64,000 nt of DNA from Candidatus Omnitrophota bacterium (lineage in GTDB: Bacteria > Omnitrophota > Gorgyraeia > JAGLLT01), in assembly GCA_030632085.1 (NCBI GenBank), contig DAOVJY010000003.1:23809-87808 (forward strand), written 5' to 3'. Positions within the stretch are counted from its first letter, which is position 1. Each line of letters opens with the position of its first letter. A model generated the notes under the pieces. That model had not been told where the DNA came from and ran no database searches. It worked only from the letters and a program-made list of their open reading frames with translations. The position numbers and the translations under genes were made by a program. Positions 17,601 through 26,400 of this stretch are shown here, piece after piece.

Positions 17601-20600
17601 CCAAAGGCGGGGGAATGTTTGCTAGTATACAAGCTCTTACTCTACCCCGGACACTGCTTCTTACCGGTTGCGCCGTCTCGGTTTGTACGGGAATTTCTTT
17701 TGTCCTGCGGTTATTGCAGTGTCGATCTCGCAAGCGGCACGTTAAAACCTACGAGTTACATAACAGAGAATACAGAGTTATCCTTAAGGAAAACGGTGAA
17801 GTATACAGTGAGGTTGAACACAAAAAAGTCGGGGTTTTCCCCATGACATACGATATCAGCCGGCGTTCATACGATACCATAGATCCTTGCGGCAGAATAC
17901 TCTATCTCGTAGATACATTAGAGTGGCGCAAGAGCGCAAAACGCTGCTGGCCAATCATAGGGAATTTCCCAAAAGAGAGATTTGAAGCGTCTCGCATTGA
18001 AAGCGGTGATAATTCTCTTAGGGTGGTTAACACCACTAATGGTATTAGAACGACAATTAATATTAGTTTGCCGGAAGGGGAGACGACGGCGGAACTGTGG
18101 ACGATTACAGTTGAGAATCTGACGAATACGTCGCGCAAACTAAAGATTGTTCCCTATCTGGAGTGGGTGCTCAACGGAGGCCTTCATGATAGATTTCATA
18201 CACAATACGTTCGATTGTTTCCTGAAATGGAATATGTAAGTGGAGTTAACGCTATCCTATCCTGGCAGAAAGGTACGAAATCTATGGGGATTTTGGCAGT
18301 GGATGCTTCTCCGGAAGGATATCTCACTTCGCGTATGGATTTCATTGGCCGCGCCCGTAGCATTTGGAGGCCGCGGGTATTGGAAACACTAGACTTCCTG
18401 GATGCCCAAGATGCGTCCGCCTATCCAACATTTGATCCCATTGGGAGCTTAATAATAAATGCTACGGTTAATCCAAATGCTTCTAAGACGGTTCGTCTAG
18501 TGATTGGCTATGCTAAAAACAGAAAAACTGCTCTTGATTTGATTGATAAACACCTGAAGCCGCAGGCAATTGAAGCAACGACCTTAAAAAAAGTGAAAAA
18601 GAAGTCAATGTTGATTGGCCATGGTGAAATCCTTCCAGGAACACCTCAGCCGTATTTTGAATTTATTGATAATGGCAATAAGCTTTTGGTTCATACGCCC
18701 TATACGCCGCGGCCTTATGATCACGCGATGTCGAATGCCCTCGAGCATTCTGTTATGGTAACCAATCGCGGACTCCATACATCCTGTAATGGTAATTCAC
18801 AACAGAACCGCCTGACGCCGGATTGGCCTGATACGGTTACAAAAGAAGTACCCACGGAAGCGATTTATCTATATGACACGGATAGCGATGAATGGTATTC
18901 TCCAACGCATCACCCGCTCAACGATCACAATGCTAAGAATAAATCAGAATTCGGCGTTGATGGAACGGCGGTATTTCGTATGACGGCAGGAAGCCTTTCA
19001 ACGGAGCTTACGGTATTTGTGCCGCCGGATGATCCAATGGGCGTCTATCTCTTAACCGTAAGAAATAATGCGGATCATTCTCGAAGAATACGGATTGCGT
19101 CATACTTTCAGATGGTGCTGGAATTTCAACCCGAAAAGACAGGATCATTACAGGTGCGCCATGACAAGGCATTGAGCGCTTTGTTTTATTATAATCCGCG
19201 TAATATGTTCCGTAAAGGCTGGGCTTTTGCCTCGATGTCGATACCGGCTGAGTGCATAGAAACAATGCGTGGCAGATTTTTTGGAAGGCAGTGCGGCGTT
19301 CGTCATCCATTTATGGTAGAACATGGTAAGCCGGATGTAGCACAGTTAACTGACAGGAGGCCAATTGCGGCTTTTCTGGGAACCTTGGATATTCCTGCCA
19401 ATGGCGAGAGTACGGTTGCTATCATCCTGGGGCAGACTGATAAACGCAAAGATGCTGCCCGCTTGGTTAAAAAATATAAAAGAGTTGAAACAGTTCGAGA
19501 AAGTCTTAAGTATACCCGGAATTGGTGGCTTAGCCTGATGCAGACGGTAGAGGTTAAAACTAATCATCCGGAATTTGACCAGCTTCACAACTGGCTTAAA
19601 TACCAGACTCTTGCGGAGCGCATTTGGGCCAGACGGGGATTCTATCAAACCAGCGGGGCCTTCGGTTTTCGGGATCAACTCCAGGATACTGTGAACCTGA
19701 TCTGGGTTGACCCGGCCTTGGCGCGCAAGCAGATCCTTTTGCATGCGTCTCACCAGTTTCTCGAGGGCGATGTATACCATTGGTTCTTTACGTTAACTGA
19801 TGGGCGAACAGCATTTTCCTGCCGGTCGCACGCTTCTGATAATCCGCTGTGGCTGGTCTGGGGCGTAGTTGAGTATGTCAGAACTACAGGTGATTATTCA
19901 ATCCTCAATGAGATGACGTCGTATGTATGGAGTGAGTTTCCTTTTGCGGATCTTCCTAAAAATAAGACAGGGCTGGGGCACCTTTTTCACCGCTCAACCC
20001 GGCAAGATTCTGTTTACAAACACTGTTTGAAGTCGATTGACCTTGTGCTGGAAAAACGCATGGGAGCACATGGGTTGCCGCTTATAAGAACGGGAGATTG
20101 GAACGACGGATTGGATGAGATTGGAAGCGAAGGCAAGGGCGAGAGTGTATGGCTTGGATTCTTCCTTTATTATATTTTGAAGCACATGGTTAGTATTATT
20201 GAAAGAAAAGAAGGCGCAAGCCGCAGGAAACATTACGTCAAGAAGATGGAGGAGCTCAAAAATGCCATAGAGTTGACCTGGCGGAGCGACCGGTATCTGC
20301 GGGCCATTCATGACGACGGCACGGAGATTGGCGTCAAAGACAGCGGTATATGGGAAACCGATGCCTTAACAGCGGCGTGGGCAGTTATAGCCGGCATTAA
20401 TCATGAGAGAGAAGTTATAGCATTTCACACTGCCTTAGGTGTTCTTGAGAAAGAAAATCTCGTATTACTCGGTTGGCCGGCACTTCATGAAGACAGTAAA
20501 CCATATCTTGGCAGAAGTAGTAAGTATCCTGAGGGTGTGCGCGAGAACGGCATGTATTGCCATGGTGCTCAATGGCTTATCAGGGCGTCACGAATCCTGA

Positions 20601-20974
20601 CAGAACGATATGAAGAGCAAGGAGATTATGCTAAAGCGAATGAATATCGGGAAATTGCCTATCGGCTGTGGCTTAAGATTACGCCGATTTCTCATACAAC
20701 ACCACAGGAAATTGAAATCTTTGGTGGAATGCCAAACAAACAACCTGCTGATATTTTAACCAACTTCGACCGGGGACGAATGATCTGGCATGGCTACACA
20801 GGTGCTGCCGGCTGGCTGTTGCGTCAAGCTTACGAAGGTGTAGTAGGAGCGTCTTTGATCGATAACGAGCTTATTCTGCCGGCTGATCTTGATAAGCCAA
20901 GAGGCAAATTGAAGGTAAGCAGCATGCACAGAGATGTGGGAAAAAGCCCCTTGAAGCTCAGGCGGCCGCGTTAA
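14681..20974 (+). CDS. Large multi-TM protein fused to GH94 glycoside phosphorylase domains (NdvB/Cgs C-terminal-like)
   Basis: GFYQTSGAFGFRDQLQD, GDWNDG, GESVWLG, YPEGVRENG, YTGAAGW; long hydrophobic N-terminal half. Confidence 0.85.
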   Translation: MDQIRMFCSKTELSKRPNIKYAKTRHSRSPRLSYLVTSILTILVAIFVLTKVVAAAPSFLNSEQNDINYSFNLLDAGMKGVFNIGPGQGTEKRSFDETIEKNVLKFGYSIPKGSVMGVWSQRFPSELGADAVDAVRIGVKVPNPEQLQQVFVKVEIKGEKAVQTIPLHLELGWNSIRESINWNTIGNLKEAVFVVSPIGGGESVEGTLYFDIDFYKLTSLQKNFIFVKISLVFVISLCLALVSAFLGGLFGRSKSGDSSSFAFRASQDKPEVPTLSRLKRDFFYGIVAVLIAGVAFWIYSRGSISPLEAGFSLTFLVIGLMGAVIAEVLKFGLTGKHLTPREVFQNILVTGFIAAGSSRLGVLHAPSTWTELFMLNKVIATLAFLVYHISNAFSLASSGKHTKAFTGALIIGTPCLLNWLMLLQNVILLQTLASSMTLGLLSAWPKILEIIGRVFVVFVFNEAFINGMSFATKGKMLKASKAHLFILLVSLGVIIAPMIADLGSTTAVAGLPVMLRAIIAILTTMLSFAGLWGEVYLITGVALDGGYHRAPSWRSVFSHVTTGMRKGMVYSGILIALLYALSMVLGARFTQTIISSLPIMIGILAGALIFPLIKTIIETFDGSQPFSERMRHNYRDKTLYARGAVAGCGFAYALTHDFFQLNMSDRIIFGLIVGLIASAGVSILRDFTYARRGQGRIQTWKLYFTDALLGAFIGSASAFYLDSFQVPVVVEKFKLYTNAGFSAREYITYPLVCKWGRIDLGTYTGGTKLLFTESLAGVINWTIAAGLFAINKVFLQAFFEKHTAPIKFFFSKAGFAQLIEHIIYVLRWGLWMSPIIWTFLRMMPDPTWYNQDGGIRTLFAIYHDATMSPGAFRAWSLQIFIYILAFDFFRVLIWMDHMGLRVATLVNLSFIGLDRLDERIARFIGPAAAQRYIPEAVKRFCTWGPLLIPFYLPRGKAWDYAWSTSETMQNAMIAKGGGMFASIQALTLPRTLLLTGCAVSVCTGISFVLRLLQCRSRKRHVKTYELHNREYRVILKENGEVYSEVEHKKVGVFPMTYDISRRSYDTIDPCGRILYLVDTLEWRKSAKRCWPIIGNFPKERFEASRIESGDNSLRVVNTTNGIRTTINISLPEGETTAELWTITVENLTNTSRKLKIVPYLEWVLNGGLHDRFHTQYVRLFPEMEYVSGVNAILSWQKGTKSMGILAVDASPEGYLTSRMDFIGRARSIWRPRVLETLDFLDAQDASAYPTFDPIGSLIINATVNPNASKTVRLVIGYAKNRKTALDLIDKHLKPQAIEATTLKKVKKKSMLIGHGEILPGTPQPYFEFIDNGNKLLVHTPYTPRPYDHAMSNALEHSVMVTNRGLHTSCNGNSQQNRLTPDWPDTVTKEVPTEAIYLYDTDSDEWYSPTHHPLNDHNAKNKSEFGVDGTAVFRMTAGSLSTELTVFVPPDDPMGVYLLTVRNNADHSRRIRIASYFQMVLEFQPEKTGSLQVRHDKALSALFYYNPRNMFRKGWAFASMSIPAECIETMRGRFFGRQCGVRHPFMVEHGKPDVAQLTDRRPIAAFLGTLDIPANGESTVAIILGQTDKRKDAARLVKKYKRVETVRESLKYTRNWWLSLMQTVEVKTNHPEFDQLHNWLKYQTLAERIWARRGFYQTSGAFGFRDQLQDTVNLIWVDPALARKQILLHASHQFLEGDVYHWFFTLTDGRTAFSCRSHASDNPLWLVWGVVEYVRTTGDYSILNEMTSYVWSEFPFADLPKNKTGLGHLFHRSTRQDSVYKHCLKSIDLVLEKRMGAHGLPLIRTGDWNDGLDEIGSEGKGESVWLGFFLYYILKHMVSIIERKEGASRRKHYVKKMEELKNAIELTWRSDRYLRAIHDDGTEIGVKDSGIWETDALTAAWAVIAGINHEREVIAFHTALGVLEKENLVLLGWPALHEDSKPYLGRSSKYPEGVRENGMYCHGAQWLIRASRILTERYEEQGDYAKANEYREIAYRLWLKITPISHTTPQEIEIFGGMPNKQPADILTNFDRGRMIWHGYTGAAGWLLRQAYEGVVGASLIDNELILPADLDKPRGKLKVSSMHRDVGKSPLKLRRPR

Positions 20975-21324
20975 TTTTGGAACCCAGATTTTCATGCCGG
21001 TGCCAACTAATATAACCTTATCGGGTTAAGTTACCTCCTTCCAAATTGACAAGCTTTTATAGACAATATTCTTGCCGATCTTTAAAGCTTTGGTTATTTA
21101 TTTGTGAGTCATTCCCAGTAAGACCCTCCTTTAAATGATCGGGAGGGTTTACCCTTCCGGCTAAACGCAATTCACTTGCTTTTTTGGCTAATTTTTGGTA
21201 TAAGTAGATGTGTTGGGCGGGTTGGATCTTAATATGAGCTGGTATTTCAGCAGTGGTTTGAATTGGTCGCAACCGCGTCCGCCGCTATAGAAAAGAGCAT
21301 AGGATAAAAGTAAAATGTTTTGGG

Positions 21325-21423
21325 ATGAGAAACCAAAAGAAGATAAAAGACGCCTTTAAGAAAAACAACATTAGCATACCTTCCCCCCAAAGGGATGTCC
21401 ATATATTTAAGGAAGAAAAGTAA
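21325..21423 (+). pseudogene. C-terminal remnant of an MscS mechanosensitive channel
   Basis: IKDAFKKNNISIPSPQRDVHI matches the MscS C-terminal I.IPFPQRDVHI motif. Confidence 0.65.
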
Positions 21424-21514
21424 AAAATTTATAATAACAAAGCCTAAACTTTGCTTTGATTTTCAGCCCACGCTGTGTTAATATACAACCCATCTATAAC
21501 AAGGAGAGTAAGTT

Positions 21515-22288
21515 ATGCCAGATACTTTTTTATTAACTATTATCTTTATAGCTTTAACTACTATGATTACGGCCTTTGTCAAGGGAAAGAGCCGAGATAG
21601 ATGCTTGATAGACTTATCAGGTGATGAGATTGACATGGAAATGATTAGCGGCAAGACTGTGTGGGGGCGCCTAACTGTAGAAAGCACCGGCTTGGAGTTT
21701 AGCTATGGCGAGCCTAATAAAGATAACGATGGCCACAAGGAGTATAGCTTTTTGCTTTATAAAAACGAATATTCCCAGATACAGAATTTGATTCTTTATC
21801 ATGATAAATTGGATGAAAAAAGAAGAGAAATACGTCAAAAAGAAATACAAAAAACGCACAATCCTAATTTTTTAAGGCGCAACAAGAGAAGAGTGAGGAA
21901 TTTCTTTGCTACTGTAAGAGATGCCATCATGGAGGTAATTAATCTTTTTATTGGCCAGGCAAAAAAACTTTCTCCGGCGCAAGCAATCTCTGGCGGCCAG
22001 GATAAATATGTTAATGAGATGAAAAAGGATCTTTTTGGTTTATCAGCCACAGCCTTCGAACCTCTCTTAGAGAAACACATAGGTAAAAAAGTGGTTTTGG
22101 AGTTTTTAAGAAATGATAAGGTTGAAGAGTATGTTGGGGTCTTGAAGGACTATACTGCCGAGTTTATTGAAATATTGGACGTTAATTATAAAAAAGAAGG
22201 CCAGGAGGCCAGAAAAGCTGACTTCGTGGTTCCTCGGTCGTTGGGTTTAGTAAAGCACCTGGCGGAAGATAAGACAATGCGCCCATAG
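21515..22288 (+). CDS. Hypothetical protein with N-terminal TM
   Basis: 257-aa ORF with GGAG RBS. Confidence 0.75.
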   Translation: MPDTFLLTIIFIALTTMITAFVKGKSRDRCLIDLSGDEIDMEMISGKTVWGRLTVESTGLEFSYGEPNKDNDGHKEYSFLLYKNEYSQIQNLILYHDKLDEKRREIRQKEIQKTHNPNFLRRNKRRVRNFFATVRDAIMEVINLFIGQAKKLSPAQAISGGQDKYVNEMKKDLFGLSATAFEPLLEKHIGKKVVLEFLRNDKVEEYVGVLKDYTAEFIEILDVNYKKEGQEARKADFVVPRSLGLVKHLAEDKTMRP

Positions 22289-22382
22289 CTTGCATGAATA
22301 CGCAACTTACAGAATGTAATGAAGGTAAGTTGCTGTGTGAATGCATCCCGCACCAGACGAAGTCTTGGTGGCGGGATTGTTT

Positions 22383-22492
22383 TGGCTGGAGTAGAAAATT
22401 CACAGATGCGCCCATAGCTTCCCCCTTAGCTAAAGCTTCGGAGGACAAGACGCTATGGCTGGAGTAGAAAATTCATAGATGCGCCCATAGCT
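22383..22492 (+). repeat. 37-bp direct repeat including the tRNA-Arg 5' end
   Basis: TGGCTGGAGTAGAAAATTCAYAGATGCGCCCATAGCT at 22383-22419 and 22456-22492; shorter third copy at 22277. Confidence 0.9.
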
Positions 22493-22557
22493 CAATTGGA
22501 CAGAGTAGCGGTCTACGAAACCGTTGGTTCCCCGTTCGAATCGGGGTGGGCGCGCCA
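22481..22557 (+). tRNA. tRNA-Arg(ACG)
   Basis: GCGCCCA / TGGGCGC acceptor stem, ACG anticodon, TTCGAAT loop, CCA. Confidence 0.96.
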
Positions 22558-22701
22558 CCGTACCATTCGCAAAATATTGCTCAGGTACGGTGCTTGTCCA
22601 GTACCTGATGTGGTACTGGGCACGCATTGCATTAATTTGGTATAGGGTACGCTTTGAAATTACTAAATGGTACGGTGGTCCCGTACCCGAAAGCATTTGA
22701 G

Positions 22702-23157
22702 ATGGATGATAAATTTTATATACAGGAGGCCATCAAAGAAGCCATAAAGGCTTTTGAAGCTGATGAGGTGCCGGTGGGGGCGGTTATCGTTTATAAGAAT
22801 AGGATAATTGCCAGGGCGCACAATCAAATAAAGACCTTAAAAGATCCCACTGCTCACGCCGAAATGATAGCTATCACCCAGGCGGCTAGCTATTTAAAAA
22901 ACGAGCGGCTTCTTAATACGGCTATGTATGTAACTCTTGAGCCCTGCGCCATGTGCGCGGGGGCTTTAGTTTTAGCCAGAATAAAGAAATTAGTTTTTGG
23001 TGCTAAAGATGAGAAAGCCGGTGCGTGCGGTTCGGTAATTGATTTGACTAATAACAAAAAGCTCAATCATAACTTAATTGTAAAAAGCGGTGTCTATGAA
23101 GATGGGTGCCGCAAAATCTTACAGGAATTCTTTAAAAAGAAGAGAAAGCAGAATTAG
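22702..23157 (+). CDS. tadA: tRNA adenosine(34) deaminase
   Basis: EVPVGAV, HAE, TLEPCAMC; ATG at 22702 preferred over TTG at 22654. Confidence 0.95.
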   Translation: MDDKFYIQEAIKEAIKAFEADEVPVGAVIVYKNRIIARAHNQIKTLKDPTAHAEMIAITQAASYLKNERLLNTAMYVTLEPCAMCAGALVLARIKKLVFGAKDEKAGACGSVIDLTNNKKLNHNLIVKSGVYEDGCRKILQEFFKKKRKQN

Positions 23158-23335
23158 CTATTTAATAAACATTAGTAGATTGTAATTAGCAGTTAGTTGA
23201 CAGTAAGTCATTTAACGATTTTATTTTGCTATTAGCTATAAGCTATTAGCTATAAGCTAATTAATAATACTTAAGATCTCTCACCCGTCTTTGACGAGTT
23301 CGAGATCCAATTTGTTTGTTAAAATTGTACAAATT

Positions 23336-23423
23336 GGAGAGATGCGAGAGCGGTTGAATCGGCACGCTTGGAAAGCGTGTGTACTTAACGGTACCCTGGG
23401 TTCGAATCCCAGTCTCTCCGCCA
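23336..23423 (+). tRNA. tRNA-Ser(GGA)
   Basis: GGAGAGA / TCTCTCC acceptor stem, GGA anticodon, variable arm, CCA. Confidence 0.96.
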
Positions 23424-23487
23424 TTCTGTTTCGCTAAGCTATTTTCATGTTTGGCTTCGCAGGAATTGACATAATAGATAAACTCAA

Positions 23488-26052
23488 TTACCTCTCGTTA
23501 TCTAAAGTAATATCGTCAAAATAGATTTCCCCTGAACTTCTCCGTCCGGGCGCAATAAAAAACATAATTTTATTGATATGCTCCTTATCAACAGCATTCT
23601 CAGATAATTTAGACAAATCATACACTAACCGGTTCCATTGATCCTTATTAACGGCGCTTGCAACGCTAATATCTTCCTGATTATTTTCATTGTTATAAAG
23701 CTTCGCAAGAACGGATTCACACCCAAAAAGATTTATTTTCAGGTAACGATATTGCTTTATATTCAAAGGTTTTTTAAATCTCAATTCAACGCAATCCCAA
23801 TCGCCTTTATCTTGATATTTTATCTTTAAAGAGCTGCTTCCTTTAAGTGCTTTTTCTTTTGTGATCTCTAATATAATAGTTTCTGAAGAAGCTTCCCATG
23901 AAAGGGGATACAACAAAGGTGTTTCATCTTCAAAACTATCGAGAGATAAGCTTTTTTGAACACTCTTTACAATTACGGGGCCAAACGAAACGGGTTTTGA
24001 ACGATTTCCCGCTTTATCAATAACCTGTACGGCAAAATAATATTTACCTTTATCCGGCACTGAGAGGAAAATATTTTCATTTTCTTTTGCAAATGAAGCA
24101 TAATATACATCCTGCAATTTTTTTAACTTTTCAAAAGTTGACTGGGCGCTTACAGGAACCGCAGAGTATCTTATATCATACTGCAACGCTTCTTCGGGCT
24201 TCTTAAAGGTAACCTTGCACACAGCGCTGTCTTTAATATTTGATACACTAAGACATGTAACTTCACGTGGATTTTTACAGGCTTGAGAATAAGTCAAAAA
24301 TATTCCGTCTAAATAAATTTTCTGTCCCGTTTCTCCTTTTTCAGGGCTGATAAGCAAAGTAATACTGTCTATCACTTCCATATCTATATCTTTTATTGCC
24401 TCTATCGAATAAACATATCTTTTCCAGCTGGCAGAATTATTGAAACCGGTGGATTTAATCTCCATTATTCCGCCTTTCGTATCGGCTAATGTAATAACAA
24501 TCTCTTCAGCATTTCTCGCCCATAAAGAAATATATTTGAAATTCGAAAAGTCTTTAAGCTCAGGGCTTACGGACAAAATAACATCTTCGCCTTCTGCTGG
24601 TGTTATTTCCAAAGACCTGTTGCCTTCCATAGATATAGCATCATTAAAACCTGCTGTTGCCCTTTTATTCAAAATTTTATATGTTGAATAAGAGTTTTCT
24701 GAATCATCAAATTCGAAATCTTCAATAATTCCCACAAACCCTATTTTTTCCATTGCTTCTTGAATATACTTATTTCTCATAAAATACTTCCATATCAACC
24801 CCGACCTGAAATTTTCAATCATCACTACTATAGGGCCGTTATCAATACCAAGGTAGGAGCCTTCGTACCAGTCCGTTTTCAGGTTGAAGGCATCAATAAA
24901 TCCATACCGCCCCCAAACATCATCTTTATAATTGGCATAAAGATATTTCAGGGTGTTTACACACTTCTCGGGGGTAAACACAATTCCTCCGGCAATGGCA
25001 TGCGGTGTAATTGTGCCATCCTCAAAAAGCTCTCCAATGGGGCCGCCGTACCCGTCATAACCAGACATTGAAATGCAGGATGAAATTCCCCAGAGCGGGT
25101 TTTGATAATTATCAGAACGCAGGCAATAATCCTGCTGGGCCGAAACGGCATACCTTGAGTTCCTGAAATAGTCAGCTGCCTGATCTTTTCTATTCCTCAA
25201 GTCAAACCAGCAATGCATATAGTAATGAAAAACTATTCCCGGAGGAGTTGTCGCGATAATCCTCCGGCCATTATAGTCTTGCCAGTTATAGGTTGATTGA
25301 CACGCGTACCATGAAGAAACAGGAATCGGATGCGAGGGTGACGCAATAGCAATCAAATGAATTAAGAACGAATTATCTCTATATCCCTTATATCGCGGAA
25401 CAAATCCGCCTTCCATTCCCCATGAACTTCCTTCTCCAAAAGGAACATATCCCATCGATATAAAATCGTGCCTGTTCCCATCGTTATCAAACATAAATTT
25501 ATCCCACTCGCACGCCCGGACAATTTCATCACCTATTCTTTCAATTTCCGTACCCTTAAAATATTCCATGACGGTAATAACACCCGCGATAAATTCGGCG
25601 GTATCGGCAGTTGAAACACAGTCCATCTTATTAAACCATTTCCCCGTTCTCATATCAACAAAATGGAAAAATAACCCAAATCTCCCCTCAACAATAAAAT
25701 CATCAGGATCTGAAGGATTTTTATGAAAACTTTTTAATGTTCTCAGCACACGTTCATAAGCATCTTCATATGAAATCCATCCCCTGTATTCCGCCACACA
25801 TATTGCGGAAAGCCCCCAGCCCACTGAAGCGACACTGCACATGTTTGACTTTGTACCATCCTTTATTAAACCATTCTCGGGATTTACTTCTTCCCAAAAA
25901 TATGCGAAAGCCTTCTTTTCAACCATTTCTAAGAAACCAATGTCTTCTTTAGGCAGAATCATTTTGGAAGTTTCCTGAGCGCTGGAAATTCCCAAAACCG
26001 CAATAACAATACTAATAAGCGATATAACAATAATAGTTATTTTCCTTAACAT
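23488..26052 (-). CDS. Secreted GH144-like (glucoamylase/DUF3131) beta-1,2-glucanase with C-terminal CBM-like and FN3-like domains
   Basis: Signal peptide; YFWEEVNPENGLIKD, SVASVGWGL, GRYGFIDAFN, YLGIDNGP...MIENFRSGLIW. Confidence 0.8.
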   Translation of the reverse strand: MLRKITIIVISLISIVIAVLGISSAQETSKMILPKEDIGFLEMVEKKAFAYFWEEVNPENGLIKDGTKSNMCSVASVGWGLSAICVAEYRGWISYEDAYERVLRTLKSFHKNPSDPDDFIVEGRFGLFFHFVDMRTGKWFNKMDCVSTADTAEFIAGVITVMEYFKGTEIERIGDEIVRACEWDKFMFDNDGNRHDFISMGYVPFGEGSSWGMEGGFVPRYKGYRDNSFLIHLIAIASPSHPIPVSSWYACQSTYNWQDYNGRRIIATTPPGIVFHYYMHCWFDLRNRKDQAADYFRNSRYAVSAQQDYCLRSDNYQNPLWGISSCISMSGYDGYGGPIGELFEDGTITPHAIAGGIVFTPEKCVNTLKYLYANYKDDVWGRYGFIDAFNLKTDWYEGSYLGIDNGPIVVMIENFRSGLIWKYFMRNKYIQEAMEKIGFVGIIEDFEFDDSENSYSTYKILNKRATAGFNDAISMEGNRSLEITPAEGEDVILSVSPELKDFSNFKYISLWARNAEEIVITLADTKGGIMEIKSTGFNNSASWKRYVYSIEAIKDIDMEVIDSITLLISPEKGETGQKIYLDGIFLTYSQACKNPREVTCLSVSNIKDSAVCKVTFKKPEEALQYDIRYSAVPVSAQSTFEKLKKLQDVYYASFAKENENIFLSVPDKGKYYFAVQVIDKAGNRSKPVSFGPVIVKSVQKSLSLDSFEDETPLLYPLSWEASSETIILEITKEKALKGSSSLKIKYQDKGDWDCVELRFKKPLNIKQYRYLKINLFGCESVLAKLYNNENNQEDISVASAVNKDQWNRLVYDLSKLSENAVDKEHINKIMFFIAPGRRSSGEIYFDDITLDNER

Positions 26053-26336
26053 AGCCGCATTTCTCCGGTAAATGTTTTCTTTAAGAACGCAGTCCTTTAT
26101 TAACCCCGTGTAGTGAAAATACCACTTACAAATAGATCTGCTAAAAGCACCTATCGAATATTTAGGTTCTCACGCGCCATATGATAACTACAGCATATAC
26201 CACGCCCAAGTGTCTTCTTATTGTCACGCCAATAGTGTATTAAGTATTTCTTAATTAATCAAGGAAAACTTTTCATCTCTGTGAGTAGTGCATTAAAAGG
26301 TCGCCCCATTTAATACCTCTTTTTTGCGTTTTTCAC

Positions 26337-26393
26337 TTGACACAAAAGCAAAGAGGTATATAATAATAATCTCAATCGTTCTAAATTTCACGA
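26337..26393 (+). promoter_or_regulatory. Sigma70 promoter and candidate Rex operator
   Basis: TTGACA...TATAAT followed by TCGTTCTAAATTTCACGA (partial match to TTGTGAA-N4-TTCACAA). Confidence 0.55.
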
Positions 26394-26400
26394 TTAGACT

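Noticed and set aside
22277-22492. CRISPR array
   Set aside because: Only two full repeats, uneven spacers, repeats derive from the tRNA 5' end, and there are no cas genes in the window.
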